This document shows, piece after piece, positions 1 to 8,622 of a DNA stretch of 47,099 nt. The notes beneath the pieces were generated by a model. It was not told the origin of the DNA and did not search any database. It was given only the letters and a program-made list of their open reading frames with translations. Source of the DNA: a virus (Duplodnaviria > Caudoviricetes). Position numbers and translations under genes: made by a program. How positions within the stretch are numbered: position 1 is the stretch's first letter; each line of letters starts with the position of its first letter. The stretch lies in the IMG/VR virus record IMGVR_UViG_3300020393_000695, positions 1 through 47,099 of that record; one strand, given 5' to 3'.

Positions 1-1
1 T

Positions 2-175
2 TCATATTACCACCTCAAGTAATTGTAAAAGTTTAGTGAAAGAAAATGCGAAAGCACTCATTGTTACAAAAGGAACTGACAGTCCCCAATTCTTGTCAAT
101 GTAATTAAGGATTCGTACATCCAAATTTGTGAATGTTGAATTCCTTTCTAAGTTACCGATTTCTAATTTTGTCAT
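2..175 (-). CDS. Small early hypothetical protein (57 aa, MTKLEIGNLERNSTF...LLEVVI), missing from the ORF track
   Basis: ATG at 175 is preceded by a GAGG SD (181-184) and a promoter. The frame is open to TGA at 2-4, which overlaps the ATG of the next gene across the circular junction. Confidence 0.7.
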   Translation of the reverse strand: MTKLEIGNLERNSTFTNLDVRILNYIDKNWGLSVPFVTMSAFAFSFTKLLQLLEVVI

Positions 176-205
176 TTTTACCTCGTATCAATTATCAATA
201 TGTAT

Positions 206-239
206 ATTTAAACATTTTTGGGTTGTAATTACAACCCCC
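206..239 (-). promoter_or_regulatory. Sigma70-type early promoter with a palindromic operator over the -35
   Basis: Minus strand reads TTGTAA-17 nt-TTAAAT with an extended -10 TG. Perfect 18-bp palindrome GGGTTGTAATTACAACCC at 220-237. Confidence 0.7.
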
Positions 240-248
240 TAAAGTAAA

Positions 249-1340
249 TTATTTTACAATGTAATCTTTGCTCACCACCCCTTTATCTTTAGTTCCAACA
301 AACGTTGCTTTTACAAAAGTGTATTTGCCAGAAGGTAATCTTCTTAAGTGTTTTCTTCTTGCATGAAATCTGACACCTCCCTCTCTATGAACCTTTCTTC
401 CTGTTTCACGTGGAACATTGTCATACATATCAAGCACCAAAGTTTTGTGTTCCCAAGTTGGTTTGCTCACCAGTTCTGAAAATTTATAGGCAGATTGACT
501 TTCTAATATTCTTGGAGATAAACCTTTTACTTTTTTCTGACGGTTGATTTGTGGAAAAGACATCATAGCAAAAAAAGTACAAAGAACATTTGAGATTTGT
601 TGTACCCAAATATTCAAACTTTGATTTGTGTATCTTCCTGTAGAATCAGCTTGTGTATCAACAGTATTGATCCATGGATTCAACTCAGGGTCTTCTTGTA
701 GCCAAAAAGTAAAAGAACCATCATCATGATATTTGATACTGTAAACGTTTGGGTCAAAAACAAATTTTTTCAGATGTGCAATGTAAGGAACACAAGTTAT
801 GTGAAATAAACGGTTACTGATTGAACCATCAACATCTACTACTTCTGATTCATTATCTTCTTTTACCAGTAAGTTCATAGTTACATCTGTTTCGTTATTC
901 TGTGCGATTGGAGAAAGATTTACATTATTACCATCTGGTGCATTTTTATGAATACCTGCAATCTGACATTGTAGGAAACATTCTTCAAACGGCATATGAT
1001 AAGAAATATCGGGTCTGATTTTTTCCATTTCATCTTCATTCAATCCAGAACCTCTAGTCAAATCCATGTAAAACTTTTGGGATTCTTGGATTGTGTTTGA
1101 AAAACTTCTGAAATGTCTATAGAAGAGAGTGTAGTCAATTGCACGGTAACCATCTACTGTTCTATCTTTGGCAATCTTATCAATGTCAATGTGTGAAGCC
1201 AATTCCCATTCAGCAAAGAACCTTTCAAAGAAATCATCAACTACATAATATTCTTTTCCGTCTATCTCTCTTTTTTTCGTATTGGGTTCACCTATCAATT
1301 TATAAGTGTGCAATAACTTTTCTAAAATAATTTTATTCAT
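249..1340 (-). CDS. Hypothetical early protein (363 aa) with a basic C-terminal RxHxRRxHxR motif
   Basis: Long ORF with a GAGG SD and its own promoter. C-terminal RFHARRKHLRRLPSGK motif is of a type seen in uncharacterised phage proteins. Confidence 0.8.
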   Translation of the reverse strand: MNKIILEKLLHTYKLIGEPNTKKREIDGKEYYVVDDFFERFFAEWELASHIDIDKIAKDRTVDGYRAIDYTLFYRHFRSFSNTIQESQKFYMDLTRGSGLNEDEMEKIRPDISYHMPFEECFLQCQIAGIHKNAPDGNNVNLSPIAQNNETDVTMNLLVKEDNESEVVDVDGSISNRLFHITCVPYIAHLKKFVFDPNVYSIKYHDDGSFTFWLQEDPELNPWINTVDTQADSTGRYTNQSLNIWVQQISNVLCTFFAMMSFPQINRQKKVKGLSPRILESQSAYKFSELVSKPTWEHKTLVLDMYDNVPRETGRKVHREGGVRFHARRKHLRRLPSGKYTFVKATFVGTKDKGVVSKDYIVK

Positions 1341-1380
1341 TTTTACCTCATTTCATTCATCAAATTTCAGCTTACTTCCG

Positions 1381-1413
1381 ATGATAACATAAAATAGTTG
1401 TTATTACAACCCC
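1381..1413 (-). promoter_or_regulatory. Sigma70-type early promoter with a second operator copy
   Basis: Minus strand reads GGGG-TTGTAA-17 nt-TATCAT with an extended -10 TG. Imperfect palindrome GTTGTTATTACAAC at 1397-1410. Confidence 0.75.
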
Positions 1414-1429
1414 TTTAAGATATTTTTTT

Positions 1430-1714
1430 TTAATCATCTATTTCAAAGTTTTTAAAAATAATAGCATTGCCAACAATATAATCTTTCACGTCATGCAAAT
1501 CTAAATACATATCCGTTGCTTTAGCATTTAGTTTCAAACGGTTCAACTTTCCCTCTTCATTTATAATCATAGGTCTTCTTTGATTCTCATATCTACAAGC
1601 AACAAGTTCTATGCGACCATCTACCATTTGCTGCATTTCTTTAAGAGAAGGTTTTTCATTTGACCTAATGTGGGTTTCTATACCGTCTGTATCTAATACC
1701 AAATATTCAAACAT
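1430..1714 (-). CDS. DUF3846-like phage protein
   Basis: Motifs LKEMQQMVDGRIE, MIINEEGKLNRLKLNAKAT and DYIVGNAII. Confidence 0.75.
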   Translation of the reverse strand: MFEYLVLDTDGIETHIRSNEKPSLKEMQQMVDGRIELVACRYENQRRPMIINEEGKLNRLKLNAKATDMYLDLHDVKDYIVGNAIIFKNFEIDD

Positions 1715-1717
1715 AAT

Positions 1718-1915
1718 TTATTTAATAATTTTTTTTTCCAAATAATCTTTGCATAATCTTTCTATTCTTGGATTGATTTTTGCGTAACCTAATTCAAATC
1801 TAGAAATCATACTTCTGTTAGGCAATTCGCCAACATAATAACCTAAGTATTTTGCTAACTCTCTTTGACTAACACCCGAATCTTCTCTTAATTTTTTTAA
1901 TTCTAATCCTGTCAT
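1718..1915 (-). CDS. XRE-family helix-turn-helix regulator
   Basis: LKKLREDSGVSQRELAKYLG...ISRFELG pattern. Confidence 0.85.
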   Translation of the reverse strand: MTGLELKKLREDSGVSQRELAKYLGYYVGELPNRSMISRFELGYAKINPRIERLCKDYLEKKIIK

Positions 1916-1918
1916 AAT

Positions 1919-2239
1919 CTAAAAAATATTATCATCATTCATATTATCTACTATTTCTTGTACTTCTTGTAAAAGAGTTTCCTGTTTACCATACTTTGCT
2001 TCAAATCTTGCTTTGTATGGATGAACACTTATTGGACCACCATCTTTATAATGAAAGTTTCTATGATGATCAGGGCATAAAGGTAAAACCTTGAAATGAG
2101 CATCAGGTTTTGTTTTGCCAACCACGTGATGTATTTCTGCATATCGGCTCTTGCCGAACTTTTTGCAAATAATACAACCAATACTTCGCACTTTATCCAT
2201 GTGTTCTTGTTCTAAACGTGTTGGTTTCCTGCCTTTCAT
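1919..2239 (-). CDS. Ref-like (recombination enhancement) Zn/HNH-type nuclease
   Basis: GCIIC...AEIHH...VLPLCPDHHR...FEAKYG pattern. Confidence 0.7.
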   Translation of the reverse strand: MKGRKPTRLEQEHMDKVRSIGCIICKKFGKSRYAEIHHVVGKTKPDAHFKVLPLCPDHHRNFHYKDGGPISVHPYKARFEAKYGKQETLLQEVQEIVDNMNDDNIF

Positions 2240-2281
2240 TTATGGTGGGGAATGGAACAAAATTCTCCCACCCCCCGATGG

Positions 2282-2515
2282 TCATTTTATCCAACATTTA
2301 TAACCTGTACAATTCTCTATCTTTTCTCCACAATCAGGACAAGTTTCAATCTCGTTATGATCAATTCCATGTCTGATAGCATCTTGCAATCTCACATAAT
2401 CAAATTGTGTCAAAACAACTTTCAAAGCATGATCACTCATATCTAAAATATCTATGTGATATCTTGCGTTAAGTTCTCTTATCACTTTGGTTTGTACAGC
2501 TATATAACTTTTCAA
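2282..2515 (-). CDS. Hypothetical protein with a Cys-rich C-terminus (CPDC...C...C)
   Basis: Likely TTG start at 2515 after a GGAG SD, overlapping the upstream TGA. The ORF track extends it to 2587. Confidence 0.6.
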   Translation of the reverse strand: MKSYIAVQTKVIRELNARYHIDILDMSDHALKVVLTQFDYVRLQDAIRHGIDHNEIETCPDCGEKIENCTGYKCWIK

Positions 2516-2856
2516 AACGGTGACTCCTTTTTTTCTGTGATAGCAACTGAAAGTAAAGGTGGTCCAGATTCTGTTTCTTTCTTCCATCCACTAAAACGAT
2601 AATTTTTTTTATCAATCCTAACTGGACCAGATATATCTGGACTACGATCAGAAAACTTATCATCATTGTTTTGATAAACCAAACCTAATGATTGTAAAAC
2701 TTCAAGTTTTGATTTTCCGTCAGCATTTCTGCTTCTCAGAATTGTGATGTATCTATCAGCACCATCAAATAGCACTGAACCTTTGAAAAGAACTTCTGCT
2801 TCATTCTCTTGCCAGAGAGTTCCTTCACCTTCTTTTTTCTCATATTTCTTATTCAT
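2512..2856 (-). CDS. Putative OB-fold ssDNA-binding protein (DUF736-like)
   Basis: Start MNKKYE at 2856 after AGGAG. Motifs SPDISGPV and YRFSGWKK, C-terminal PF as in SSB tails, and recombination-operon context. Confidence 0.55.
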   Translation of the reverse strand: MNKKYEKKEGEGTLWQENEAEVLFKGSVLFDGADRYITILRSRNADGKSKLEVLQSLGLVYQNNDDKFSDRSPDISGPVRIDKKNYRFSGWKKETESGPPLLSVAITEKKESPF

Positions 2857-3199
2857 AAAAAATTTCTCCTTTTGAGTTTTGTTGAATATTGGGCATTTTT
2901 TGTACGTTTTGACCGTCAAAATGTGAACGAGAGTGGTCTGAAAAGGCAATTCGGTACTCATAACCACGTGAATTGCGAAGCTTACGTTTCTCTATTTCAG
3001 TATTTTGCAAATCATAATCATTTATACAATCTTGTTTACGCAAGTTTCGTATTGCAGCAGATATAGTTGGTTCACCAAAGAACTTACCTGTTTTTGCTGA
3101 AATGACTTGTTGTAAATTCCAGAATGTCCACCATTTTCCATCACGCATACACAAATATACGCAATCATTTAGTGTGTAAGGTTTTTTAAACTTCTTCAT
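2849..3199 (-). CDS. Putative winged-helix DNA-binding protein
   Basis: MRDGKWWT...GEPTISAAIRNLRK...YEYR pattern. Overlaps neighbouring genes in the operon. Confidence 0.55.
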   Translation of the reverse strand: MKKFKKPYTLNDCVYLCMRDGKWWTFWNLQQVISAKTGKFFGEPTISAAIRNLRKQDCINDYDLQNTEIEKRKLRNSRGYEYRIAFSDHSRSHFDGQNVQKMPNIQQNSKGEIFYE

Positions 3200-3860
3200 T
3201 GTAGAACTCCTTTAAATTATTCAATCTTTTTTTTGTTACACCAGTTGCAACAAGAATAACCTGACTGATTGTTTCTTCATTTACTTTGAACAGATCAAAA
3301 TATTTTTCTTTCAGAACATCATTGTCCTCCTGTCCAGAACCTCCCAACCATTTATCACAAAAGTTAAGATAGGTAACTGCGTCATCACAAGTAGAAATAA
3401 CTTTTCCTTTTTTATCAGTAAAAGCAAATCTACCTTCATGTTTATATTCTTCTGGTTTATCTACTTTGGTTTTACGAAAAGATTCCATAGCTTTTTCACC
3501 ATCATCATCTTCATCAACCGAAGCAATCCCACAAGCCATACACAAAGAATATCTCTTTGCATAAGAAAGTGCAGAACCATATGCTTGTGGTTCTTGTTTT
3601 GCAGGACTCACTGGCACGATACCTGTAGGCAACTCTCCACCGTGTCCATAGAAAACGGTTTCAACACCTACTAAGCCATCTATCAAATGTGCTTTTTGTT
3701 GAAAGTAAATACCGTTCTTATTCAAAGGTTCACGAACAGTATCAATAACATTTTTCAAAGTCGCATACTTAGACTTGAAAAAAGGGTTCTTTGCATCATT
3801 CACAGGAGGGGTAATTTCCTTCTGTGCTTTTAGCAAAGCATTTATAAGTTCACTTGTCAT
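3186..3860 (-). CDS. erf: ERF-family single-strand annealing protein
   Basis: KNPFFKSKYATL and the family motif QAYGSALSYAKRYSL...G...DEDDDG. Confidence 0.9.
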   Translation of the reverse strand: MTSELINALLKAQKEITPPVNDAKNPFFKSKYATLKNVIDTVREPLNKNGIYFQQKAHLIDGLVGVETVFYGHGGELPTGIVPVSPAKQEPQAYGSALSYAKRYSLCMACGIASVDEDDDGEKAMESFRKTKVDKPEEYKHEGRFAFTDKKGKVISTCDDAVTYLNFCDKWLGGSGQEDNDVLKEKYFDLFKVNEETISQVILVATGVTKKRLNNLKEFYNEEV

Positions 3861-4660
3861 TTTTCAATCTCCTTAATGTCAAATATTTCTTTTGCCCCAA
3901 GTATTTCATTGGGACCCCATTGGCGAAAAAAGTCTTCATTTGAAATGTCTGGACACAGACAAGACATATGAGCAACTTCTTTCACATCAGACGAAAATGA
4001 AAGCAAACGCATCATTTTATGTCCAATGCTTACTAATTCACCAAACCAATAATCTACATTATCAATTGGTAAAGTATGTAATTCTGTTTTTGTTTTAGTT
4101 ACATAAACTGCATCTATAAAAGGTGGTACAGATTTTGCAGTAGAATACAGTGCAAGTTGAAAATTATAATCCTGTCTTAGTTTTGGCATTATTCCTGTTG
4201 TTTTTATATCTCTCACTGAATCTTCATAAAGCATATCTATGAAACCAATAATTGGTATTGGGAGATCAACAAAGAGTTCCACTCTTTCCTGCACTGAAAC
4301 TGGTCTTCCAAATTTTCTATAAAGTGGAATGATCTTTTCTAGTACCGAACCCAGTTGCATTTGTTTTTCCCTGCATTTATCAAAATCATAATCTGTAAAT
4401 TCATCATCAACCATCTTTTCGTAAATAGTGTCATATTCTCTCAAAGCATGATTAACGCATTCATAGATAGGAGCAGAGGTCATACAACCAACAGTGATAC
4501 CTTTCTCAACTGCTATTCCGAATGAAATTGCAGGTGAATACAATGCATCTTTATAACCTGCAATATTTACTAACCATTTTGCAGGGTCTTTTCTAAATTT
4601 ATTAATACTAGAAGGTGAAAGATATTCAACTCCGTACTTTTCAAAAGGATTATTTTTCAT
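3857..4660 (-). CDS. PD-(D/E)XK exonuclease (partner of ERF)
   Basis: LSPSSI N-terminal motif, then GFIDML...DIKT...QLALY. Confidence 0.85.
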   Translation of the reverse strand: MKNNPFEKYGVEYLSPSSINKFRKDPAKWLVNIAGYKDALYSPAISFGIAVEKGITVGCMTSAPIYECVNHALREYDTIYEKMVDDEFTDYDFDKCREKQMQLGSVLEKIIPLYRKFGRPVSVQERVELFVDLPIPIIGFIDMLYEDSVRDIKTTGIMPKLRQDYNFQLALYSTAKSVPPFIDAVYVTKTKTELHTLPIDNVDYWFGELVSIGHKMMRLLSFSSDVKEVAHMSCLCPDISNEDFFRQWGPNEILGAKEIFDIKEIEK

Positions 4661-4682
4661 GTTTCACTTGTCAATGTAGCCC

Positions 4683-4729
4683 ATTGTTTCACATTTTGGG
4701 TATTCTCACAAGCATGATATGATGATTAT
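4683..4729. promoter_or_regulatory. Divergent promoter region between the recombination and replication operons
   Basis: Leftward TTGTGA-17 nt-AACAAT (4711-4683). Rightward extended -10 TGaTATGAT (4715-4723) sits 6 nt before the ATG at 4730. Confidence 0.55.
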
Positions 4730-4942
4730 ATGAAATTTAATTCTTGGTTAAAAAAAGAAGGTTTTTCTCAAAGGAAGTTTCAAATAGTTGCAAATTCAAA
4801 AGGATACAATCTTTCTAGAAGTGCTGTAGCTAAATGGTCCAGTGGTGATCGTATCCCTAGAAGAGAAGAAATGAGGATAATCAAACACCTTACTCAAGGT
4901 GAAGTAACTGCGAATGATTTCTACGATTGGGAAAATTTGTAA
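4730..4942 (+). CDS. Cro-like HTH regulator
   Basis: First gene of the divergent operon. SQRKF...SRSAVAKWSSGDRIPR...TQGEVTANDF is typical of phage Cro/YdaS-like proteins. Confidence 0.8.
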   Translation: MKFNSWLKKEGFSQRKFQIVANSKGYNLSRSAVAKWSSGDRIPRREEMRIIKHLTQGEVTANDFYDWENL

Positions 4943-4965
4943 AAAATTTCTTGTTGGTACATAAT
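4937..4965 (+). promoter_or_regulatory. Sigma70-type promoter for the replication genes (probably leaderless)
   Basis: TTGTAA (4937-4942)-17 nt-CATAAT (4960-4965). The ATG is 7 nt downstream with no SD. Confidence 0.55.
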
Positions 4966-4972
4966 GTGAAAT

Positions 4973-5626
4973 ATGAGTATCAAGGGTTTATCTTGGGCAA
5001 TCCAAAAAGAATGCAACACACCAACAACTAAATTAGTTCTATTTATACTTTCAAATTATGCCGATGAAAAAAATTCATGTTATCCAAGTGAAAAACATTT
5101 AGGCAAAATTTGTGGGATATCGGATAGACAAGTAAGACGTTGTTTGAGTTGGTTGAAAGAAAACAATTTCATAGATATTGAAAACGTAGAAGGTAAATCA
5201 AATAGATATTATTTAAAAATAGATAGTATGGACACTGAAGTCCAAACCCATAGGACACAGACGACCAGTAATACTAAAGATGATACAAAAGATAATAATA
5301 CTCAAAAAGAAAAAATAAGAATTAAAAAAGAGGAAGGAGAATTAAGTTATGTAAATATGGTTGAACAATTATTTGATTATTTTTGGAAACATTATCCACG
5401 CAAAGTTTCTAAGAAAGAATCTTTAAGAATATTTTTCAATTTAGATCACAATCAACAAATAAAGGTTGTGAAAGCTGTACCGATATTTAAAGAAAGTGTA
5501 AAAAATACAGAAGTAAAATACATTCCTCACCCATCAACTTGGTTGAATCAAGAAAGATGGGAAGACAGTTTGCAAGAACACAAATTAAGTAAAATAAAAC
5601 CAACAAAAAATAAAATAGCAGGATGA
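4973..5626 (+). CDS. Phage replication initiator (N-terminal wHTH, conserved C-terminal domain)
   Basis: KLVLFILSNYADEKNSCYPS...SDRQVRRCL, then FWKHYPRKVSKK...YIPHPSTWLNQERWED. Confidence 0.85.
   Translation: MSIKGLSWAIQKECNTPTTKLVLFILSNYADEKNSCYPSEKHLGKICGISDRQVRRCLSWLKENNFIDIENVEGKSNRYYLKIDSMDTEVQTHRTQTTSNTKDDTKDNNTQKEKIRIKKEEGELSYVNMVEQLFDYFWKHYPRKVSKKESLRIFFNLDHNQQIKVVKAVPIFKESVKNTEVKYIPHPSTWLNQERWEDSLQEHKLSKIKPTKNKIAG
5229..5330 (+). repeat. Putative replication origin inside the initiator gene: two iteron-like repeats followed by an AT-rich tract
   Basis: GGACACTGAAGTCCA (5230-5244) and GGACACAGACGACCA (5253-5267), then TAATACTAAAGA/TGATACAAAAGA/TAATACTCAAAAAGA. Confidence 0.4.
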
Positions 5627-7329
5627 AAACAATTGAAGAGAGAGTATCAAACTTAGGTTTTGAATTAGCTAAAGGAATTCAAGATCAAAAAACCAAGTGT
5701 CCAAAATGTCAACCACCCCACAATCCAAGAGATTACCCAGTTTCAATAACTATCAAGGACAATATGTTTTTATGGAATTGTCATCATTGTGGTTACAAAG
5801 GTGGATTGCCCCTGAATGAAAAAATAGAAATAAAAAGTTTACAAAAAGAACCTAAACCTTTCTTTGGCGATAAAAAAAACTTCTCACAAGATATGTATTC
5901 ATTTTTTTCTAAAAGGGGAATCTCAAAAGATACAGTAGATTTTTTTGAGATATATCAAACACAAAATACTTCACTTGCTTTTCCTTACTTAGATGAAAAC
6001 AGAGAAATTCAAAATATCAAATATAGATCAATAAAAGAAAAAAGATTTACTCAAGTAAAAGGTGGTAAAAAATATTTATACAATTACGTAAATGTTAAAA
6101 ATGCAGACAGTGTAATTTTTGTAGAAGGAGAAATGGATTGTCTTGCCCTCAAAGAAGTTGGGTTTGAAAATGTAACAACTTTACCAGATGGTGCGCCCAG
6201 TCAGACTAATTTCAATAATGATGATAAAAGATTCAAAGTTTTAGAAGAATGTCCAATTGAAGCAAATCAAATAATCCTTTTTACAGATAGTGATACGGCA
6301 GGACAAAACTTACATGATGAACTTCTACATAGATTTGGCAAGGATATTTGTTGGTATATAGAGAAACCAAGTGATTGTAAGGATGCTAATGATGTTTTAG
6401 TGAAACATGGAGCAAAAAAATTAAAACAAATTATAGAGGAAAAAATACCTTACCCAATAGAAGGGGTTTATAGAGCAAATGATTATCAAGGAAGTGTTCT
6501 AGATTTATACAATGGTAATTATGTCAAACCTTTAGAAATTGGTTTTCCAAACTTAGACCGTATTTACAAGATAATGAAAGGAACTTTTCACTGTGTAACA
6601 GGCATACCAAATCACGGTAAATCTTATTTCATGGATTTGATATTGATTGAACTTGCAAAAAGATACAATTGGAAATTCACTATATTTTCTCCCGAACATA
6701 GTACAAGTATGCACATCAGAAGATTATCTCAAATGTTTATTGAAAAACCGTTTGATAGTGATGAAGAAAATAGAATGACGCAAGATGATTTAAGGAATGC
6801 CATGAACTGGATTGATGAACATTTTTATTTCATAGAAAGCAAAGAAAGTGTTCCAGATATTGATTATATTTTAGATTCTTCAAAAAAAAGTGTAAGGAAA
6901 TATGGTTGTCATGGAATAATCATTGACCCTTACAATGAAGTTTCTGCTACAAGAAAAGGAAATGCCAGAGAGGATGAGCATATAAGAGATTTTATTTCTA
7001 AATGTAAAAGATTTGCTAGATTACATGATGTGGTTATGTGGATTGTTGCTCACCCAACAAAACTCCCAAAAAATAATGAAGGAGCTTATTCACCACCAAC
7101 ATCTTACGATATCAGTGGTGCTTCTCATTGGTCAAACCAAAGTGATGTCATTCTTACTGTACATAGAGATTTTGATACCGATATCACAACCGTTTACACA
7201 AGAAAAATTAGAGAACAGGATTTATATGGACAAATTGGGACTGCTGAGTTTCTTTACGATAAAAAGAAAAAAACTTTTGTAGTTTATGAAGAGGAAAATG
7301 ATTGGCAAGTTCCTCATTGGACAGATTAA
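5623..7329 (+). CDS. Primase-helicase (T7 gp4/Twinkle-like)
   Basis: Zn finger CPKC...CHHC, TOPRIM motifs VEGEMD and TDSDTAG, Walker A GIPNHGKS, Walker B IIIDPY. Confidence 0.92.
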   Translation: MKTIEERVSNLGFELAKGIQDQKTKCPKCQPPHNPRDYPVSITIKDNMFLWNCHHCGYKGGLPLNEKIEIKSLQKEPKPFFGDKKNFSQDMYSFFSKRGISKDTVDFFEIYQTQNTSLAFPYLDENREIQNIKYRSIKEKRFTQVKGGKKYLYNYVNVKNADSVIFVEGEMDCLALKEVGFENVTTLPDGAPSQTNFNNDDKRFKVLEECPIEANQIILFTDSDTAGQNLHDELLHRFGKDICWYIEKPSDCKDANDVLVKHGAKKLKQIIEEKIPYPIEGVYRANDYQGSVLDLYNGNYVKPLEIGFPNLDRIYKIMKGTFHCVTGIPNHGKSYFMDLILIELAKRYNWKFTIFSPEHSTSMHIRRLSQMFIEKPFDSDEENRMTQDDLRNAMNWIDEHFYFIESKESVPDIDYILDSSKKSVRKYGCHGIIIDPYNEVSATRKGNAREDEHIRDFISKCKRFARLHDVVMWIVAHPTKLPKNNEGAYSPPTSYDISGASHWSNQSDVILTVHRDFDTDITTVYTRKIREQDLYGQIGTAEFLYDKKKKTFVVYEEENDWQVPHWTD

Positions 7330-7355
7330 AATTATGATGTAATAATTGGTACGTA

Positions 7356-7937
7356 ATGGACATTGTTTTAAAATCTGTGGAAGAAATCATTCCGTATTAT
7401 GCAAATCCTAGAATCATTCCAGAAGAAGCAGTAACCGAAGTTGCAAAATCTCTTAAAAATCATGGAGTAATGCAACCAATAGTCATAGATAAAAAAAACA
7501 TTGTAGTTGTGGGTCATACAAGACTTTTGGCAGCAAAAAAACTCGGTCTTGAATCCTTACCCTGTGTAATTTATGAAGGCACAAAAGAAAAAGTAAATGC
7601 TTATAGAATTGCAGATAACAAAACAGGCGAGTTTTCAATGTGGGATGAAGCAACTTTAGATACTGAATTAGATAAGTTGATTCAGAAAGGTGTAGAAGTA
7701 GAAGGGTTTTATGACACAGAACAATTAGAACAAGAATTATTAGAAATGGATTCAGAAGGTTTAGAACTAGATGAAACCTCTATGAATCCAAAAAACTTTT
7801 CTAATGCCGTACCTCTTATGTTTTATTTGACCACAGAAGAAAGAAAAGAAGCTATGGACAAACTAGAACATATAAGAGAACAGAAAGGACTGCTTACTAA
7901 GAACAATGCTTTGCTGTATGCTTTGAGAAACTTATGA
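7356..7937 (+). CDS. ParB/Srx-like N-terminal domain protein
   Basis: PYYANPR...QPIVID...GHTRLLAAKKLG...YRIADNKTGE. Confidence 0.88.
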   Translation: MDIVLKSVEEIIPYYANPRIIPEEAVTEVAKSLKNHGVMQPIVIDKKNIVVVGHTRLLAAKKLGLESLPCVIYEGTKEKVNAYRIADNKTGEFSMWDEATLDTELDKLIQKGVEVEGFYDTEQLEQELLEMDSEGLELDETSMNPKNFSNAVPLMFYLTTEERKEAMDKLEHIREQKGLLTKNNALLYALRNL

Positions 7938-8614
7938 TTTTAATAGAAGAACCGAAACATCTAGAAGAAATAGATCAAACATCTTCTATGTATCCCACCA
8001 AAATGTTGAGCATACAAAAAGATTATGTTTTAGAAGAAACAAATGTAACCGTGTACGGATTTCTCACAGCAGGTAAATTTACTGCAATAACTCAAGGCAA
8101 CATCAAATATGAAATACATGAAAATCAATATTTTTGTTTGAAAGGACCAATTGCAATACAAGGACTTGGTCAAATGTTTTGCATTATCCGATATGGATTT
8201 CATGGAATAGATCAAATAGGAATGTCAGAGCCAAATGGAAGATTGAGTTATATTGATGGTTGTACGGATACACTTTTAGTTTCACCACCTAGACTTGGTG
8301 ATCCATGTTTGAATTATTTACATTTCCCAATTGGCATATATCAAACACAACATCTTCACCCATCAATAAGAATGGGTATTGTGATAAATGGCAAAGGAGA
8401 AGCATTTCAAGAACCATCAAAAAAACGTTCTGGTTGGGAACTTCCTTTGAAAAAGGGTTGTATGTTTTGTTTAGAGGAGGGAGAGATACATTCATTCTCA
8501 ACTGATGAACAATATATGGATATCATTGCATATCACCCAGATTCTGATTTTGGACCCACAGATTTCAACCATCCTATGTTAAATAGAACTTATATTGATC
8601 ATGGAAAAGGTTAA
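7934..8614 (+). CDS. Cupin-fold protein
   Basis: QTQHLHPSIRMGIVINGKG...EGEIHSF...YHPDSDFGPTDFNHPM (cupin His motifs). Confidence 0.7.
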   Translation: MILIEEPKHLEEIDQTSSMYPTKMLSIQKDYVLEETNVTVYGFLTAGKFTAITQGNIKYEIHENQYFCLKGPIAIQGLGQMFCIIRYGFHGIDQIGMSEPNGRLSYIDGCTDTLLVSPPRLGDPCLNYLHFPIGIYQTQHLHPSIRMGIVINGKGEAFQEPSKKRSGWELPLKKGCMFCLEEGEIHSFSTDEQYMDIIAYHPDSDFGPTDFNHPMLNRTYIDHGKG

Positions 8615-8622
8615 GCAAAACT

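Noticed and set aside
4661-4729. TCACA half-sites as CRP boxes, which would tie the cyclase to phage gene control
   Set aside because: They are direct repeats, not TGTGA-N6-TCACA. I saw no convincing CRP site by eye, and a PWM scan would be needed.
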